Notes: a model not told the origin generated them from the sequence alone. 64,000 bases of DNA from an uncultured Alphaproteobacteria bacterium (GCA_944390915.1 CALXRS010000005.1:7663-71662); one strand, 5' to 3'; shown: positions 8,729 to 16,996, counted from the first letter of the stretch. Numbers and translations: made by a program.

Positions 8729-9443
8729 GCTTCCTCTGATCAAATACGGTCAGGAAAGTTTGTTTTAACTGCCGGCGACGATGTAGACATTCCAAAGCGT
8801 TGTCAATGGTCGTGTGGGCGATATGCACGTCGCTGATGCAAAACACCGTCTGTCCGTTTTGGCGCAGAATATGGTCAAAATCTTTGGTCTTGGCAAACGG
8901 CACAAACCCCAGTTTCCGATAAAAATCTTTAGCGCCCGTATTGTTGGCGTTATATTCGATAATCAGGCTTTCAAACCCCTGTTTTTTCAGCTCCGGCACG
9001 GTTTGTTGGAAGAGCAGGGTACCGAGACCGTGATGCTGGATTTGCGGGTCGAGATATATCTGGTTGACAATCAGCGTTTTGTCGTTTAAGGCCACGTCGC
9101 GGTCAAAGTTCACTTTGCGGCACCAGGCAAATTCAAACCCGTCGAGATATCCTTTTTCCACATCTGCCGCCTCATTATCGACCGGCCGCGTATAATATTC
9201 GGGCACGGCGGAATAGCGGATAAACCCGCGCGGTGTGTCGTTTGTGTGCAGTACGGCAACAAGCGATTGTTTGTCTTCGGCCATTTTCCACAATTTTTTG
9301 ATAAAATAGCCTCTGGTATAAAGAGCCATTTCCTCCGCCGATTTGTAATCGGCGGAAAGCTTGTTGTATGAACGCTGATAAGCTTCCGCCAGCGGCAGAA
9401 TCATACTCAGACGTTTTTCCAGATTGCGGATGGAAATTTTCAT
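8712..9443 (-). CDS. GNAT-family N-acetyltransferase
   Basis: Acetyl-CoA-binding-type motif QIYLDPQIQHHGLGTLLF...AKDFYRKLGF. ATG at 9443; the track ORF starts at a TTG at 9464. Confidence 0.75.
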   Translation of the reverse strand: MKISIRNLEKRLSMILPLAEAYQRSYNKLSADYKSAEEMALYTRGYFIKKLWKMAEDKQSLVAVLHTNDTPRGFIRYSAVPEYYTRPVDNEAADVEKGYLDGFEFAWCRKVNFDRDVALNDKTLIVNQIYLDPQIQHHGLGTLLFQQTVPELKKQGFESLIIEYNANNTGAKDFYRKLGFVPFAKTKDFDHILRQNGQTVFCISDVHIAHTTIDNALECLHRRRQLKQTFLTVFDQRKHGKTY

Positions 9444-9577
9444 CGGCTGCTCGTTTGTGCGCAAAGTTTAATTTTGTCGGAATTATATATAATTATTACC
9501 TCAAGTCAAATATAAAATAAAAAAGAATAGACCTTTGCCGCAATTAATGATAAAAGGCAAAAAAAGAGGTTTATTTG

Positions 9578-9979
9578 ATGAACACGGACGAACTTTTCGA
9601 AAATTTTGAACTGCTGGACGATTGGGAAGACAAATATCGTTATCTGATTGATTTGGGCGAAAAACTCCCGCCGCTCGAGGAAAAATACAAAAGCGACGAA
9701 TGGCTGGTCAGCGGATGTCAGTCGCAGGTGTGGCTGGTGCCGCAATATGCCGCGGACGGCAAAATAAATTTTGCCGGCGACAGCGATGCCATGATTGTCC
9801 GCGGTCTGCTGGCGGTGGTGCTGATGCTTTTGTCGGGCAAAACCGCGGCGGAAATTTCGGCTTTTGACGCCGAAAGCGCGCTTGCCCGTTTGGGGTTGGC
9901 GGAGCATCTGTCGCCCAGTCGGCGTAACGGGCTCGGCGCCATGCTGGCAAAAATCCGCTTTTATGCGGAACAGGTTTGA
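9578..9979 (+). CDS. sufE: cysteine desulfuration protein SufE
   Basis: SufE/Fe-S metabolism fold with the SGCQSQVW active-site Cys motif. AGAGG lies upstream of the ATG at 9578. Confidence 0.9.
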   Translation: MNTDELFENFELLDDWEDKYRYLIDLGEKLPPLEEKYKSDEWLVSGCQSQVWLVPQYAADGKINFAGDSDAMIVRGLLAVVLMLLSGKTAAEISAFDAESALARLGLAEHLSPSRRNGLGAMLAKIRFYAEQV

Positions 9980-10007
9980 AACAGATTTAATTTACCGGAG
10001 GCAGCCG

Positions 10008-11210
10008 ATGAACATCCATGAATATCAGGCCAAGCGGATTTTAAGCGGCAACGGTATCAAAATCCCCAAGGGGAAAATTGCCTATACCGCCGACGAAGCC
10101 CGCCGCGCCGCCAAAGCCGTTACCGCCCGCGGACCGTGGATGCTCAAGGCGCAAATTCAGTCCGGCGCCCGCGGCAGCGGTCGTTTTTTGGAAGCCAAAG
10201 CCGGTTCCCGCAGCGGCATCAGGATGGTTTCGAGTTTAAGAGATTTGGGCACGGAGGCGGAAGCCATGCTTGGTTCCACGCTGGTAACCCGGCAAACGGG
10301 ACCGCGCGGGAAACAGGTCAGCCGCCTTTATGTGGAGGCCTACACCAAAGTCGGTTTCACCTTTTACGCCGGCATGGCCATCGATCGCGTGCAGGCGGCT
10401 GTTACCCTGTTGCTGGCCAACACCCGCGACGACGATATCAACACGATAGCGGAATCCGCCCCCGGTCAGATATTGCGCCTGCCGATTGATCTTGTGACCG
10501 GGCCGACCCATGCCCAGACGGGGCGGGCGGCGGAGTTTCTGAAATTGCAGCCGCGCAGCTACGACAGTTTTTACGCTTTTTTGCGCGGGCTTTTCAAAAC
10601 GTTTATGGCCAACGATGCCCTGATGATAGAAATCAACCCGGCGGGGGTTATGAAGAACGGCGATATTATAGCGCTTGACGCCAAAATATCTTTGGACGAC
10701 AAAGCGCTTTTCCGCCATCCGGAACACGAGCGCCTGAAAGACGATGACGAAACGCCGCCGCGCGAGCTGAAAGCGGCCAAATACGGATTTACCTACCACG
10801 AATTCGGCGGCAGCATAGGCTGCATTGTCAACGGCGAGGGGCTGGCCATGGCCATGACCGACATGGTGCGCGACAGCGGCAGCGGCGTTGCCTGCTGGCT
10901 GAACGTCAAAGGCGGGGTGGATCGGGACAAAGTTGCCGCCGGCATCAAAATCATTGTGACCAACCCCCGGGTCGAAGGTATAGTTATCAACATTTTGGGC
11001 GGTTTTGTCCGTTGCGATCTGATAGCCGACGGCATTATTGACGCGGCCGCGGAAGTCGGAATGAACATTCCTCTGGTCGTGCGTTTTGAGGGCACCAACC
11101 GCGACGAGGCGGAAAGCATTTTGCAGCGCGCGGGTTTGCCGCTGGTGATGGCGCACAATACGGACGACGCCGTCAACAAAATTTTGCAGGCGGTAAGGGA
11201 GGGCGAATAA
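10008..11210 (+). CDS. sucC: succinyl-CoA synthetase beta-subunit-like protein (ATP-grasp), divergent
   Basis: MNIHEYQAKRIL..., INPA, NGEGLAMAT, ILGGFVRCDLIADGII. The start is the internal ATG at 10008 within the longer track ORF. The stop overlaps the sucD-like ATG (TAATG). Confidence 0.85.
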   Translation: MNIHEYQAKRILSGNGIKIPKGKIAYTADEARRAAKAVTARGPWMLKAQIQSGARGSGRFLEAKAGSRSGIRMVSSLRDLGTEAEAMLGSTLVTRQTGPRGKQVSRLYVEAYTKVGFTFYAGMAIDRVQAAVTLLLANTRDDDINTIAESAPGQILRLPIDLVTGPTHAQTGRAAEFLKLQPRSYDSFYAFLRGLFKTFMANDALMIEINPAGVMKNGDIIALDAKISLDDKALFRHPEHERLKDDDETPPRELKAAKYGFTYHEFGGSIGCIVNGEGLAMAMTDMVRDSGSGVACWLNVKGGVDRDKVAAGIKIIVTNPRVEGIVINILGGFVRCDLIADGIIDAAAEVGMNIPLVVRFEGTNRDEAESILQRAGLPLVMAHNTDDAVNKILQAVREGE

Positions 11211-12082
11211 TGTCTGTTCTGGCGGGAAAAAATACCAAAGTTCTGGTGCAGGGCATGACCGGTACGCAGGCTTCTTTCCATGTTCGCCGGTCGCTTGATT
11301 ACGGTACGGATATCGTGGCCGGCGTTACCCCGGGCAAAGGCGGCACGACACACCTCGGGCTGCCGGTTTTTAACACCGTTAAAGAAGCTGTGGCGGCAAC
11401 CGATGCCACGGCGTCGCTGATATTCGTGCCGGCCAGGTCGGTTAAATCGGCGGTGGCCGAAGCGGCCGGCGCGGGGCTGGAACTGGTGGTTTGCATTTCC
11501 GACAAAATCCCCGTGCGCGATATGCTGGAAGTGCGCAACATCTTAAAAAACGGCAAAACCAGACTGATAGGCCCGAACACGCCGGGGCTGATTACGCCGG
11601 GCGAAGCGCGGTTGGGAATTTTTCCGGAGAATATTCATACGCCCGGACAGGTGGGCGTGGTTTCCCGTTCGTCGACCCTGACCTACGAGGCGGTGCTGGA
11701 AACGCGGCGCGCCGGGCTCGGTCAGTCCACCGTTATCGGTTTGGGCGACGATCTTGTCATCGGCATGAATTTTGTGGATGTTTTGTCCGAATTTATGAAT
11801 GACGACAATACCAAAGCGGTGGTTATGATAGGGCAGATGGGCGGCAATTTTGAAGAACTTTGCGCCGAATGGTATGCCGCGTCGCCGGTCAAAAAGCCGG
11901 TGGTTTGCTTTGTGGCGGGCAATTCGCAGGCCTTCAGCGCCACCGTCGGCTATGCCGGGGACATTATCACCCGCGGTCGGATAACGGCCGAAGACAAAAA
12001 GAAAAAACTGGCGGCGGCCGGGATAATCGTTGTCGAACAGGTCAACCGTATCCACGAAGAATTGCAAAAACTGCGACTTTGA
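11210..12082 (+). CDS. sucD: succinyl-CoA synthetase alpha-subunit-like protein lacking the canonical phosphohistidine
   Basis: KNTKVLVQGMTGTQ...GVTPGKGGTTHLGLPVFNTVKEAV...SRSSTLTYE is collinear with SucD. The GHAGA motif reads GYAGD, with TAT at 11951-11953. Confidence 0.85.
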   Translation: MSVLAGKNTKVLVQGMTGTQASFHVRRSLDYGTDIVAGVTPGKGGTTHLGLPVFNTVKEAVAATDATASLIFVPARSVKSAVAEAAGAGLELVVCISDKIPVRDMLEVRNILKNGKTRLIGPNTPGLITPGEARLGIFPENIHTPGQVGVVSRSSTLTYEAVLETRRAGLGQSTVIGLGDDLVIGMNFVDVLSEFMNDDNTKAVVMIGQMGGNFEELCAEWYAASPVKKPVVCFVAGNSQAFSATVGYAGDIITRGRITAEDKKKKLAAAGIIVVEQVNRIHEELQKLRL

Positions 12083-12084
12083 CA

Positions 12085-12804
12085 ATGCTTGAAATTCTGT
12101 GGCAAAAACTGCTGGATAACATCTTGCCCCGCCGTTGCCGAAAATGCGGGCAACCGCTGTCAACCGACGGTGAATTGTGCGAAAGATGCTTAAACGAGCT
12201 CAATTTTATCTATCCGCCCTATTGTCGAAAATGCGGTTTTCCGCTGGAGGAAGAAACGTCGGGCAAGACGCTTTGCGCCGCCTGCCTGCAAAAGAAGCGT
12301 TCGCCTTTTCGTTTGAGCCGTTCCGCTTTGCGCTATGACGAAGCGTCCAAAAACCTCATTTTGGCATTCAAATTTATGGATAAGACGGAAAATGCCCGCC
12401 TGCTTGCCGCCATGCTCAATGTTGCCGGTCGCGATATTTTTGCCGCCGGGGCGGAAGTGATTGTACCGGTGCCGCTGCATTATACGCGCCTGCTTAAAAG
12501 AAAATACAACCAGTCGGCGCTGTTGGCGCGGGAGCTTGGCCGCTATACCGGTTTGCCGGTGGACTGCCGGTCGCTGGTTCGTCACAAAAGAACCCGCCCG
12601 CAGGTGGAGTTCTCGGGGCTTGAACGGATTAAAAACGTCAAAAATGCTTTTTCCGTAAAACATCCGGAAAATCTTGTCGGTCGGCGAGTGGTGTTGATAG
12701 ACGATGTATTTACCACCGGTTCCACCTTGAAAGAATGCGCTTTGGCGCTGAAAAAGGCGGGCGTCCGCTCGGTGGATACCTTAACCGTTGCCCGCGTGTG
12801 CTGA
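12085..12804 (+). CDS. comF: ComF-family protein (phosphoribosyltransferase domain)
   Basis: N-terminal Cys pairs CRKCGQPL...CERC...CRKCG and a C-terminal PRTase motif VVLIDDVFTTGST. ATG at 12085. Confidence 0.88.
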   Translation: MLEILWQKLLDNILPRRCRKCGQPLSTDGELCERCLNELNFIYPPYCRKCGFPLEEETSGKTLCAACLQKKRSPFRLSRSALRYDEASKNLILAFKFMDKTENARLLAAMLNVAGRDIFAAGAEVIVPVPLHYTRLLKRKYNQSALLARELGRYTGLPVDCRSLVRHKRTRPQVEFSGLERIKNVKNAFSVKHPENLVGRRVVLIDDVFTTGSTLKECALALKKAGVRSVDTLTVARVC

Positions 12805-12812
12805 TTTTTTCA

Positions 12813-12856
12813 TAAAAAAATCCCTTCCGTGCAGAATGCGGAAGGGAAAATTTTTG
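12813..12856. terminator. bidirectional terminator between comF and the rubredoxin gene
   Basis: A 9-bp stem TCCCTTCCG/CGGAAGGGA (12821-12847) flanked by an A-run and a T-run. Confidence 0.7.
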
Positions 12857-12994
12857 TCAGCGCAGTTCAAAAAAACTTTTGTCGACGCCGCAAACCGGAC
12901 ACACCCAGTCGTCGGGCAGTTCTTCAAACGGGGTTTCTCCGTCATAGACATATCCGCAGACGACGCAGACCCATTGTTTTCCTTCATCAGCCAT
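12857..12994 (-). CDS. rubredoxin
   Basis: 45 aa with CVVCGY...CPVCG (two CxxCG knuckles). AGGAGA lies 6 nt upstream of the ATG at 12994. Confidence 0.92.
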   Translation of the reverse strand: MADEGKQWVCVVCGYVYDGETPFEELPDDWVCPVCGVDKSFFELR

Positions 12995-13505
12995 TTTTGT
13001 TCTCCTTTCGGTTAAGAATGTTGGGTAAAAATTTGAGCACTTTTTCCTTAAAAGAAGTGCGATAGTCAAAATAAGTGAGCGGTTCGCCCGCCGCCATGTT
13101 TTTGCCGTCGACCACTTCGGCGACAAACAGCGTGTTGCTCTCAAAACTCTGTTGGTTCAGCACCTTGCAGAAAAAGCATGCCAGACAGTTTTGCAAGCAG
13201 GGCAATCCGTTTTCCGTAACATGAGGCACTTCCTGCCATTTGTCGACGGTTCTGCTCGACTGAAAGCCGAAATCGGCAACCACGAACGGATCAACGTCTT
13301 GTCCCAGAACGGACAGGCTGAAACGGCCGCTTTGTTCAATCACGCTTTTGGTATAGCTGGTGTTGCGGCAGGAAAGGGCAATCACCGTCGGTTTGTCGGC
13401 AACCTGCATCACGGCGTCCACGGTGCAACCGACCGGTCGGCCGTTGTCATCGGCACCGAGAATATAAATGCCGTGGGTCAGTTTGAATAAAGCGTCGGTA
13501 TCCAT
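12987..13505 (-). CDS. flavin reductase-like (FMN-binding split-barrel) protein
   Basis: 172 aa, [35 protein letters not shown]... The stop overlaps the rubredoxin ATG by 8 nt. Confidence 0.8.
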   Translation of the reverse strand: MDTDALFKLTHGIYILGADDNGRPVGCTVDAVMQVADKPTVIALSCRNTSYTKSVIEQSGRFSLSVLGQDVDPFVVADFGFQSSRTVDKWQEVPHVTENGLPCLQNCLACFFCKVLNQQSFESNTLFVAEVVDGKNMAAGEPLTYFDYRTSFKEKVLKFLPNILNRKENKNG

Positions 13506-13574
13506 TTTTTTCTCCCGAATATTGGTCTAATATAAACGCTGCCCCCGAAAAAAGCAAGCTCTGCCGTCCGGGCT

Positions 13575-13784
13575 TCAATAATGCGGCGGCGGCGTTTCTT
13601 CGCTTTGCGGCTTGACGGTTTCGTTTTTCAGCATTTCCGCCAGATACAGATTTTGTTTTGTCAGGCTTTCGATTTGTTTTCCCTGTTCTATGACCACCTG
13701 GTTCAGCTCGTCGATGGTTTTTTCCATGCAGGCGATGGCGGTTTCTATTTCAATCAGTCGTTCTTCCGAAATTTGCTCTTTCAT
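13575..13784 (-). CDS. slyX: SlyX-family protein
   Basis: A 69-aa coiled-coil protein, RLIEIETAIACMEKTIDELNQVVIEQGKQIESL, with SlyX-like size and pattern. Confidence 0.7.
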   Translation of the reverse strand: MKEQISEERLIEIETAIACMEKTIDELNQVVIEQGKQIESLTKQNLYLAEMLKNETVKPQSEETPPPHY

Positions 13785-13844
13785 AATTTTCCGTTCTGTT
13801 ATAAATTGGCGCCATAACTGTTAACATAAAATCGGGAGCGGCTG

Positions 13845-15101
13845 ATGTCAATTTTAATTAAGAATGTTTTGCACCATGGAAAAAAAACGGATGTTCTGAT
13901 AGAAAAGAACCGCTTTGCCAAAATTTCCCCGCGGCTGGAAGCTCCGGCCGACAAAGTCATCAACGGCGAAGGAAAGGCGATTGTTCCGGCTTTTTACAAC
14001 ACTCATTGCCATGCGGCCATGTCCATCCTCCGCGGGTACGGCGACGACAAGCCCCTGTTTGCCTGGCTCAGGGAAGACATCTGGCCGATAGAAGCCCGGT
14101 TGACGGCGGCGGACATTTATACGGCGAGCCGGCTCGCGGTTTTGGAGATGATAAAATCGGGCACGGTCTTTTTTGCCGATATGTATTTTTTTGCCGAAGA
14201 AACCATGCGCGCGGTGAAAGAAATGGGGATTCGCGCGGCTGTTTCGTTGGTGGAAATGGATATGTTCGACCCCGCGCAGACGACAGCCAAGATTGCCGCG
14301 ACAAAGGATTTTCTGGCGGCGGAAAATCCCTGTCCCGAACGCATTGTTAAAGGGCTTTCCTGCCATTCGGTATATACCGTTTCCGCCGAGTTGCTGGAAT
14401 ATGCTTCCCGCACGGCGGCGGACAACAATCTTTTTATGCAGATACATGTGAGCGAAACGGCGGCCGAAAATGCCGAATGTGTGGAAAAATACGGCGTTAC
14501 GCCGACGGCAAGGCTCGATTCGTTCGGACTGCTGACAAACAAAACCATGCTGGCGCACGCCGTGCATTTGTCGGCGGCGGATACGGAAACAATCCGCGCC
14601 CGCGGCAGTTTCCTTTCGCACAACCCCGTTTCCAACCTCAAGCTCAATTCCGGTTTATTTGCTTTTGCCGATTTATATGCCGCCATGCCCGACAAAATAA
14701 CCATCGGCACCGACGGCGCGTCTTCCAACAATAACCTCAGCATGATTGAGAGCGTTAAAACCGCTTCGCTTGCCGCCAAACTGCAGGCCGGGTCGGCGGT
14801 TGCCGGCAAGGCGGCGGAAGTGTACCGTGCTGCCACCGTCAACGGTGCGGCGGCTTTCGGGCTCGACGCCGGCGAAATCCGCGAAGGCGCGTTGGCCGAC
14901 TGCCTGTTGATAAATATGAATCATCCGTTCATGGTGCCGGCATACAATCTTGTTTCCGACCTGGTTTATGCCGCCGACAGCGCCTGCATAACGGACGTTA
15001 TCTGCGACGGGCGGCCGGTGATGGAAAACGGGCATGTCGACGGCGAGGAGGAAATTGTTGCCGACGCGCGGCAGCTGGCAGAAAAAATATTAAGTCTTTA
15101 A
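13845..15101 (+). CDS. amidohydrolase-family deaminase (MTA/SAH deaminase-like)
   Basis: 418 aa. NTHCHAAMS metal-binding motif, HVSET and GTDGASSNN are typical of the chlorohydrolase/MtaD group. Confidence 0.8.
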   Translation: MSILIKNVLHHGKKTDVLIEKNRFAKISPRLEAPADKVINGEGKAIVPAFYNTHCHAAMSILRGYGDDKPLFAWLREDIWPIEARLTAADIYTASRLAVLEMIKSGTVFFADMYFFAEETMRAVKEMGIRAAVSLVEMDMFDPAQTTAKIAATKDFLAAENPCPERIVKGLSCHSVYTVSAELLEYASRTAADNNLFMQIHVSETAAENAECVEKYGVTPTARLDSFGLLTNKTMLAHAVHLSAADTETIRARGSFLSHNPVSNLKLNSGLFAFADLYAAMPDKITIGTDGASSNNNLSMIESVKTASLAAKLQAGSAVAGKAAEVYRAATVNGAAAFGLDAGEIREGALADCLLINMNHPFMVPAYNLVSDLVYAADSACITDVICDGRPVMENGHVDGEEEIVADARQLAEKILSL

Positions 15102-15154
15102 ATTAATTAAATTTTGCCTTTGCCCCTTGAAAAAAGCGTATTCGTGAATATCTG

Positions 15155-15200
15155 CATATCCGGCGGGAGAAACTTCTGCCGGATATGTTAATTTTTTTTA
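15155..15200 (+). terminator. 10-bp hairpin plus T-run: terminator of the amidohydrolase gene and/or a structured cspA leader
   Basis: CATATCCGGC (15155-15164) pairs with GCCGGATATG (15178-15187), followed by TTAATTTTTTTTA. It ends 18 nt before the cspA ATG. Confidence 0.45.
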
Positions 15201-15217
15201 TAAGCAAAGGAACTAAG

Positions 15218-15430
15218 ATGCTGAACGGAACTGTAAAATGGTTTAACAACAAAAAAGGGTATGGGTTCATCAAAACACCGGAAAGCGAAAAAGACATTTT
15301 TGTGCATATTACGGCGGTGCAAAAGTCCGGTCTGGACAAAATAACCGAAGGACAGGAGCTTTCGTTCGAAATTATCCCCGATCGCGCGGGACGTCCCGAA
15401 GCGCATAATCTGAGTATTTTGAAACATTGA
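15218..15430 (+). CDS. cspA: cold-shock protein (CspA family)
   Basis: MLNGTVKWFNNKKGYGFI...DIFVHITAV carries the RNP1/RNP2 motifs. AAGG lies upstream of the ATG at 15218. Confidence 0.93.
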   Translation: MLNGTVKWFNNKKGYGFIKTPESEKDIFVHITAVQKSGLDKITEGQELSFEIIPDRAGRPEAHNLSILKH

Positions 15431-15463
15431 ATTTTGGTTGATTAATATTCTTTTTTCATTTAA

Positions 15464-15525
15464 GAACACTGGATGTTGTTTGTTTGCTTTGGAATGGGAA
15501 AACGGCGATGTTCAGTGTTTTTTTG
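15464..15525 (+). terminator. probable cspA terminator
   Basis: GAACACTG (15464-15471) pairs with CAGTGTT (15513-15519) and is followed by a T-run. The loop is large. Confidence 0.4.
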
Positions 15526-15560
15526 TTGGCTCTCGCCTTGTCGGCGGCGTAATCTTTATA

Positions 15561-15589
15561 TTGCCGAAAAGGGTAAAAACAGATATAAT
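15561..15589 (+). promoter_or_regulatory. sigma70-like promoter TTGCCG-17-TATAAT
   Basis: It sits 42 nt upstream of the ATG at 15631. Confidence 0.5.
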
Positions 15590-15630
15590 GATAACGGAAA
15601 AAATAAATTGAAACGAGGCGGGAGAGCAAA

Positions 15631-15969
15631 ATGAAAAAACAGAAAACATTGTTTGCGGCGTTGGCTTTTCTTTGCCTGAGTTTTACCGCGGCCGTTGCGC
15701 AAACCGTGACGACCACGACGACCACAACCACGGTCACAACGACGACCGCCGGCGGCCGAACGGTTGTGTCGACGACGGCGGATACCGCGCCTTCCGTTGT
15801 TTATGAAGACGAAAGCGAGCTCTATCACCGTCAGCCCGTCCGGCCGCAATATTATGACCGCCGTCTGGCGCCGCTTGTTGCCATCGGCGGCGGTGTTTTA
15901 CTTTACGATTACGGTTATCATCGCGGTTATCGGCACGGCCGCCGTCATCATCGCCGTCATCATTGGTAG
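15631..15969 (+). CDS. small exported protein with a poly-Thr tract and a His/Arg-rich C-terminus
   Basis: Signal peptide MKKQKTLFAALAFLCLSFTAAVA/QT, then VTTTTTTTTVTTTT, and C-terminus YHRGYRHGRRHHRRHHW. GGGAGAG lies upstream. Confidence 0.6.
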   Translation: MKKQKTLFAALAFLCLSFTAAVAQTVTTTTTTTTVTTTTAGGRTVVSTTADTAPSVVYEDESELYHRQPVRPQYYDRRLAPLVAIGGGVLLYDYGYHRGYRHGRRHHRRHHW

Positions 15970-16079
15970 CCGTGCCCGATCACAACATCGTACGATATAT
16001 GTCGGCGCCGTAATTGCAAGATTTTATTAAAATTTTCAGAGCCTGTTTTCCACCGCCGGCAATAAAAATTCCGTAAAAC

Positions 16080-16107
16080 TTGCCTTTGCCGCAATATCTT
16101 TTATAAT
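16080..16107 (+). promoter_or_regulatory. sigma70-like promoter TTGCCT-16-TATAAT
   Basis: Located upstream of the EF-hand gene; -10 element at 16102-16107. Confidence 0.4.
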
Positions 16108-16141
16108 AGCGGCAGTGATTAATCTAACGGGAGAATTATCC

Positions 16142-16972
16142 ATGAAAAAGACACTGTTGCGGGCTTTGCTTCCCCTGGTTGCCGCAAGCGCGGCGACGGC
16201 GGCCGAACCCGCTGCCGAAGAAATCGGCTTTGACGAATTCTTTACAAACGGCTTTGAGCAAACCGCGCCTCTAAGAGAAATGCTTTTTGACCTGAGCGAC
16301 GTCGACGGCAACAAAAAGCTTTCGACGCGCGAATTTCGCCAATCCATACAGGGAGCAACGCAGCAAACCGACACTTTTTCACCGGCAGAACAACAGCAAC
16401 TGCTTGATGAGATGATGAAAAAATTTGCCGCCGCCGACAGCGACAAAGACGGCTTTCTTAACCGCGAACAGGGCGACGCTCTTTTTGCCGAATATTTGAA
16501 ACAAAACGCCCGTCGGCAATTTGACAAGATGGACAGCAACAAAAACGGTTTTCTCTCTTTTGAAGAACAAATCGACTTTTCCCGTCGACGGATGGAAGCC
16601 TTTTCTTCCGAAAATCTGGATCAGAAACTGGAAGAACTGAATCTGCAGCTGGATAAAATGGCGGAAAATCCGGCCGCCGCGGCGAACCGCTTTTTGCAAA
16701 ACACGGTCAGAGAGCAAGCCGCCGAAGAATTTTTTATTATGGATACAGACCGCAATAATCTGTTGACCAAACAGGAATATATCGACTATACGCTCCGCGA
16801 GCAGCCGGAATTGTTTACCGGCAGCGTCGACGACAAAGACCTTGCCGGCGCCCTGTTTGACGAAATGGATCAAAACCATCGGGGATATTTGAACGAAAAA
16901 GAATATGTCGATGCTTCCGTACGCTCTGTAATTGAACCTATTTCGGATGAACTGATCGATACGGAAAATTGA
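16142..16972 (+). CDS. exported EF-hand calcium-binding protein (5 EF loops)
   Basis: Signal peptide MKKTLLRALLPLVAASAATAA. EF loops: DVDGNKKLSTRE, DSDKDGFLNREQ, DSNKNGFLSFEE, DTDRNNLLTKQE and DQNHRGYLNEKE. Confidence 0.8.
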   Translation: MKKTLLRALLPLVAASAATAAEPAAEEIGFDEFFTNGFEQTAPLREMLFDLSDVDGNKKLSTREFRQSIQGATQQTDTFSPAEQQQLLDEMMKKFAAADSDKDGFLNREQGDALFAEYLKQNARRQFDKMDSNKNGFLSFEEQIDFSRRRMEAFSSENLDQKLEELNLQLDKMAENPAAAANRFLQNTVREQAAEEFFIMDTDRNNLLTKQEYIDYTLREQPELFTGSVDDKDLAGALFDEMDQNHRGYLNEKEYVDASVRSVIEPISDELIDTEN

Positions 16973-16996
16973 AACAACCAACAGAAGGAGTATAAT

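Noticed and set aside
9864-10007. N-terminal 48-aa extension of the sucC-like ORF overlapping sufE.
   Set aside because: The extension is in a different frame over the sufE 3' end and has no similarity to SucC. The canonical MNIHEYQAK N-terminus starts at ATG 10008.
15690-15735. Poly-Thr coding tract as a slipped-strand phase-variation switch.
   Set aside because: The Thr codons are a mixture of ACG, ACC and ACA with interspersed GTC/GTG. No homopolymer or perfect short tandem repeat is present.
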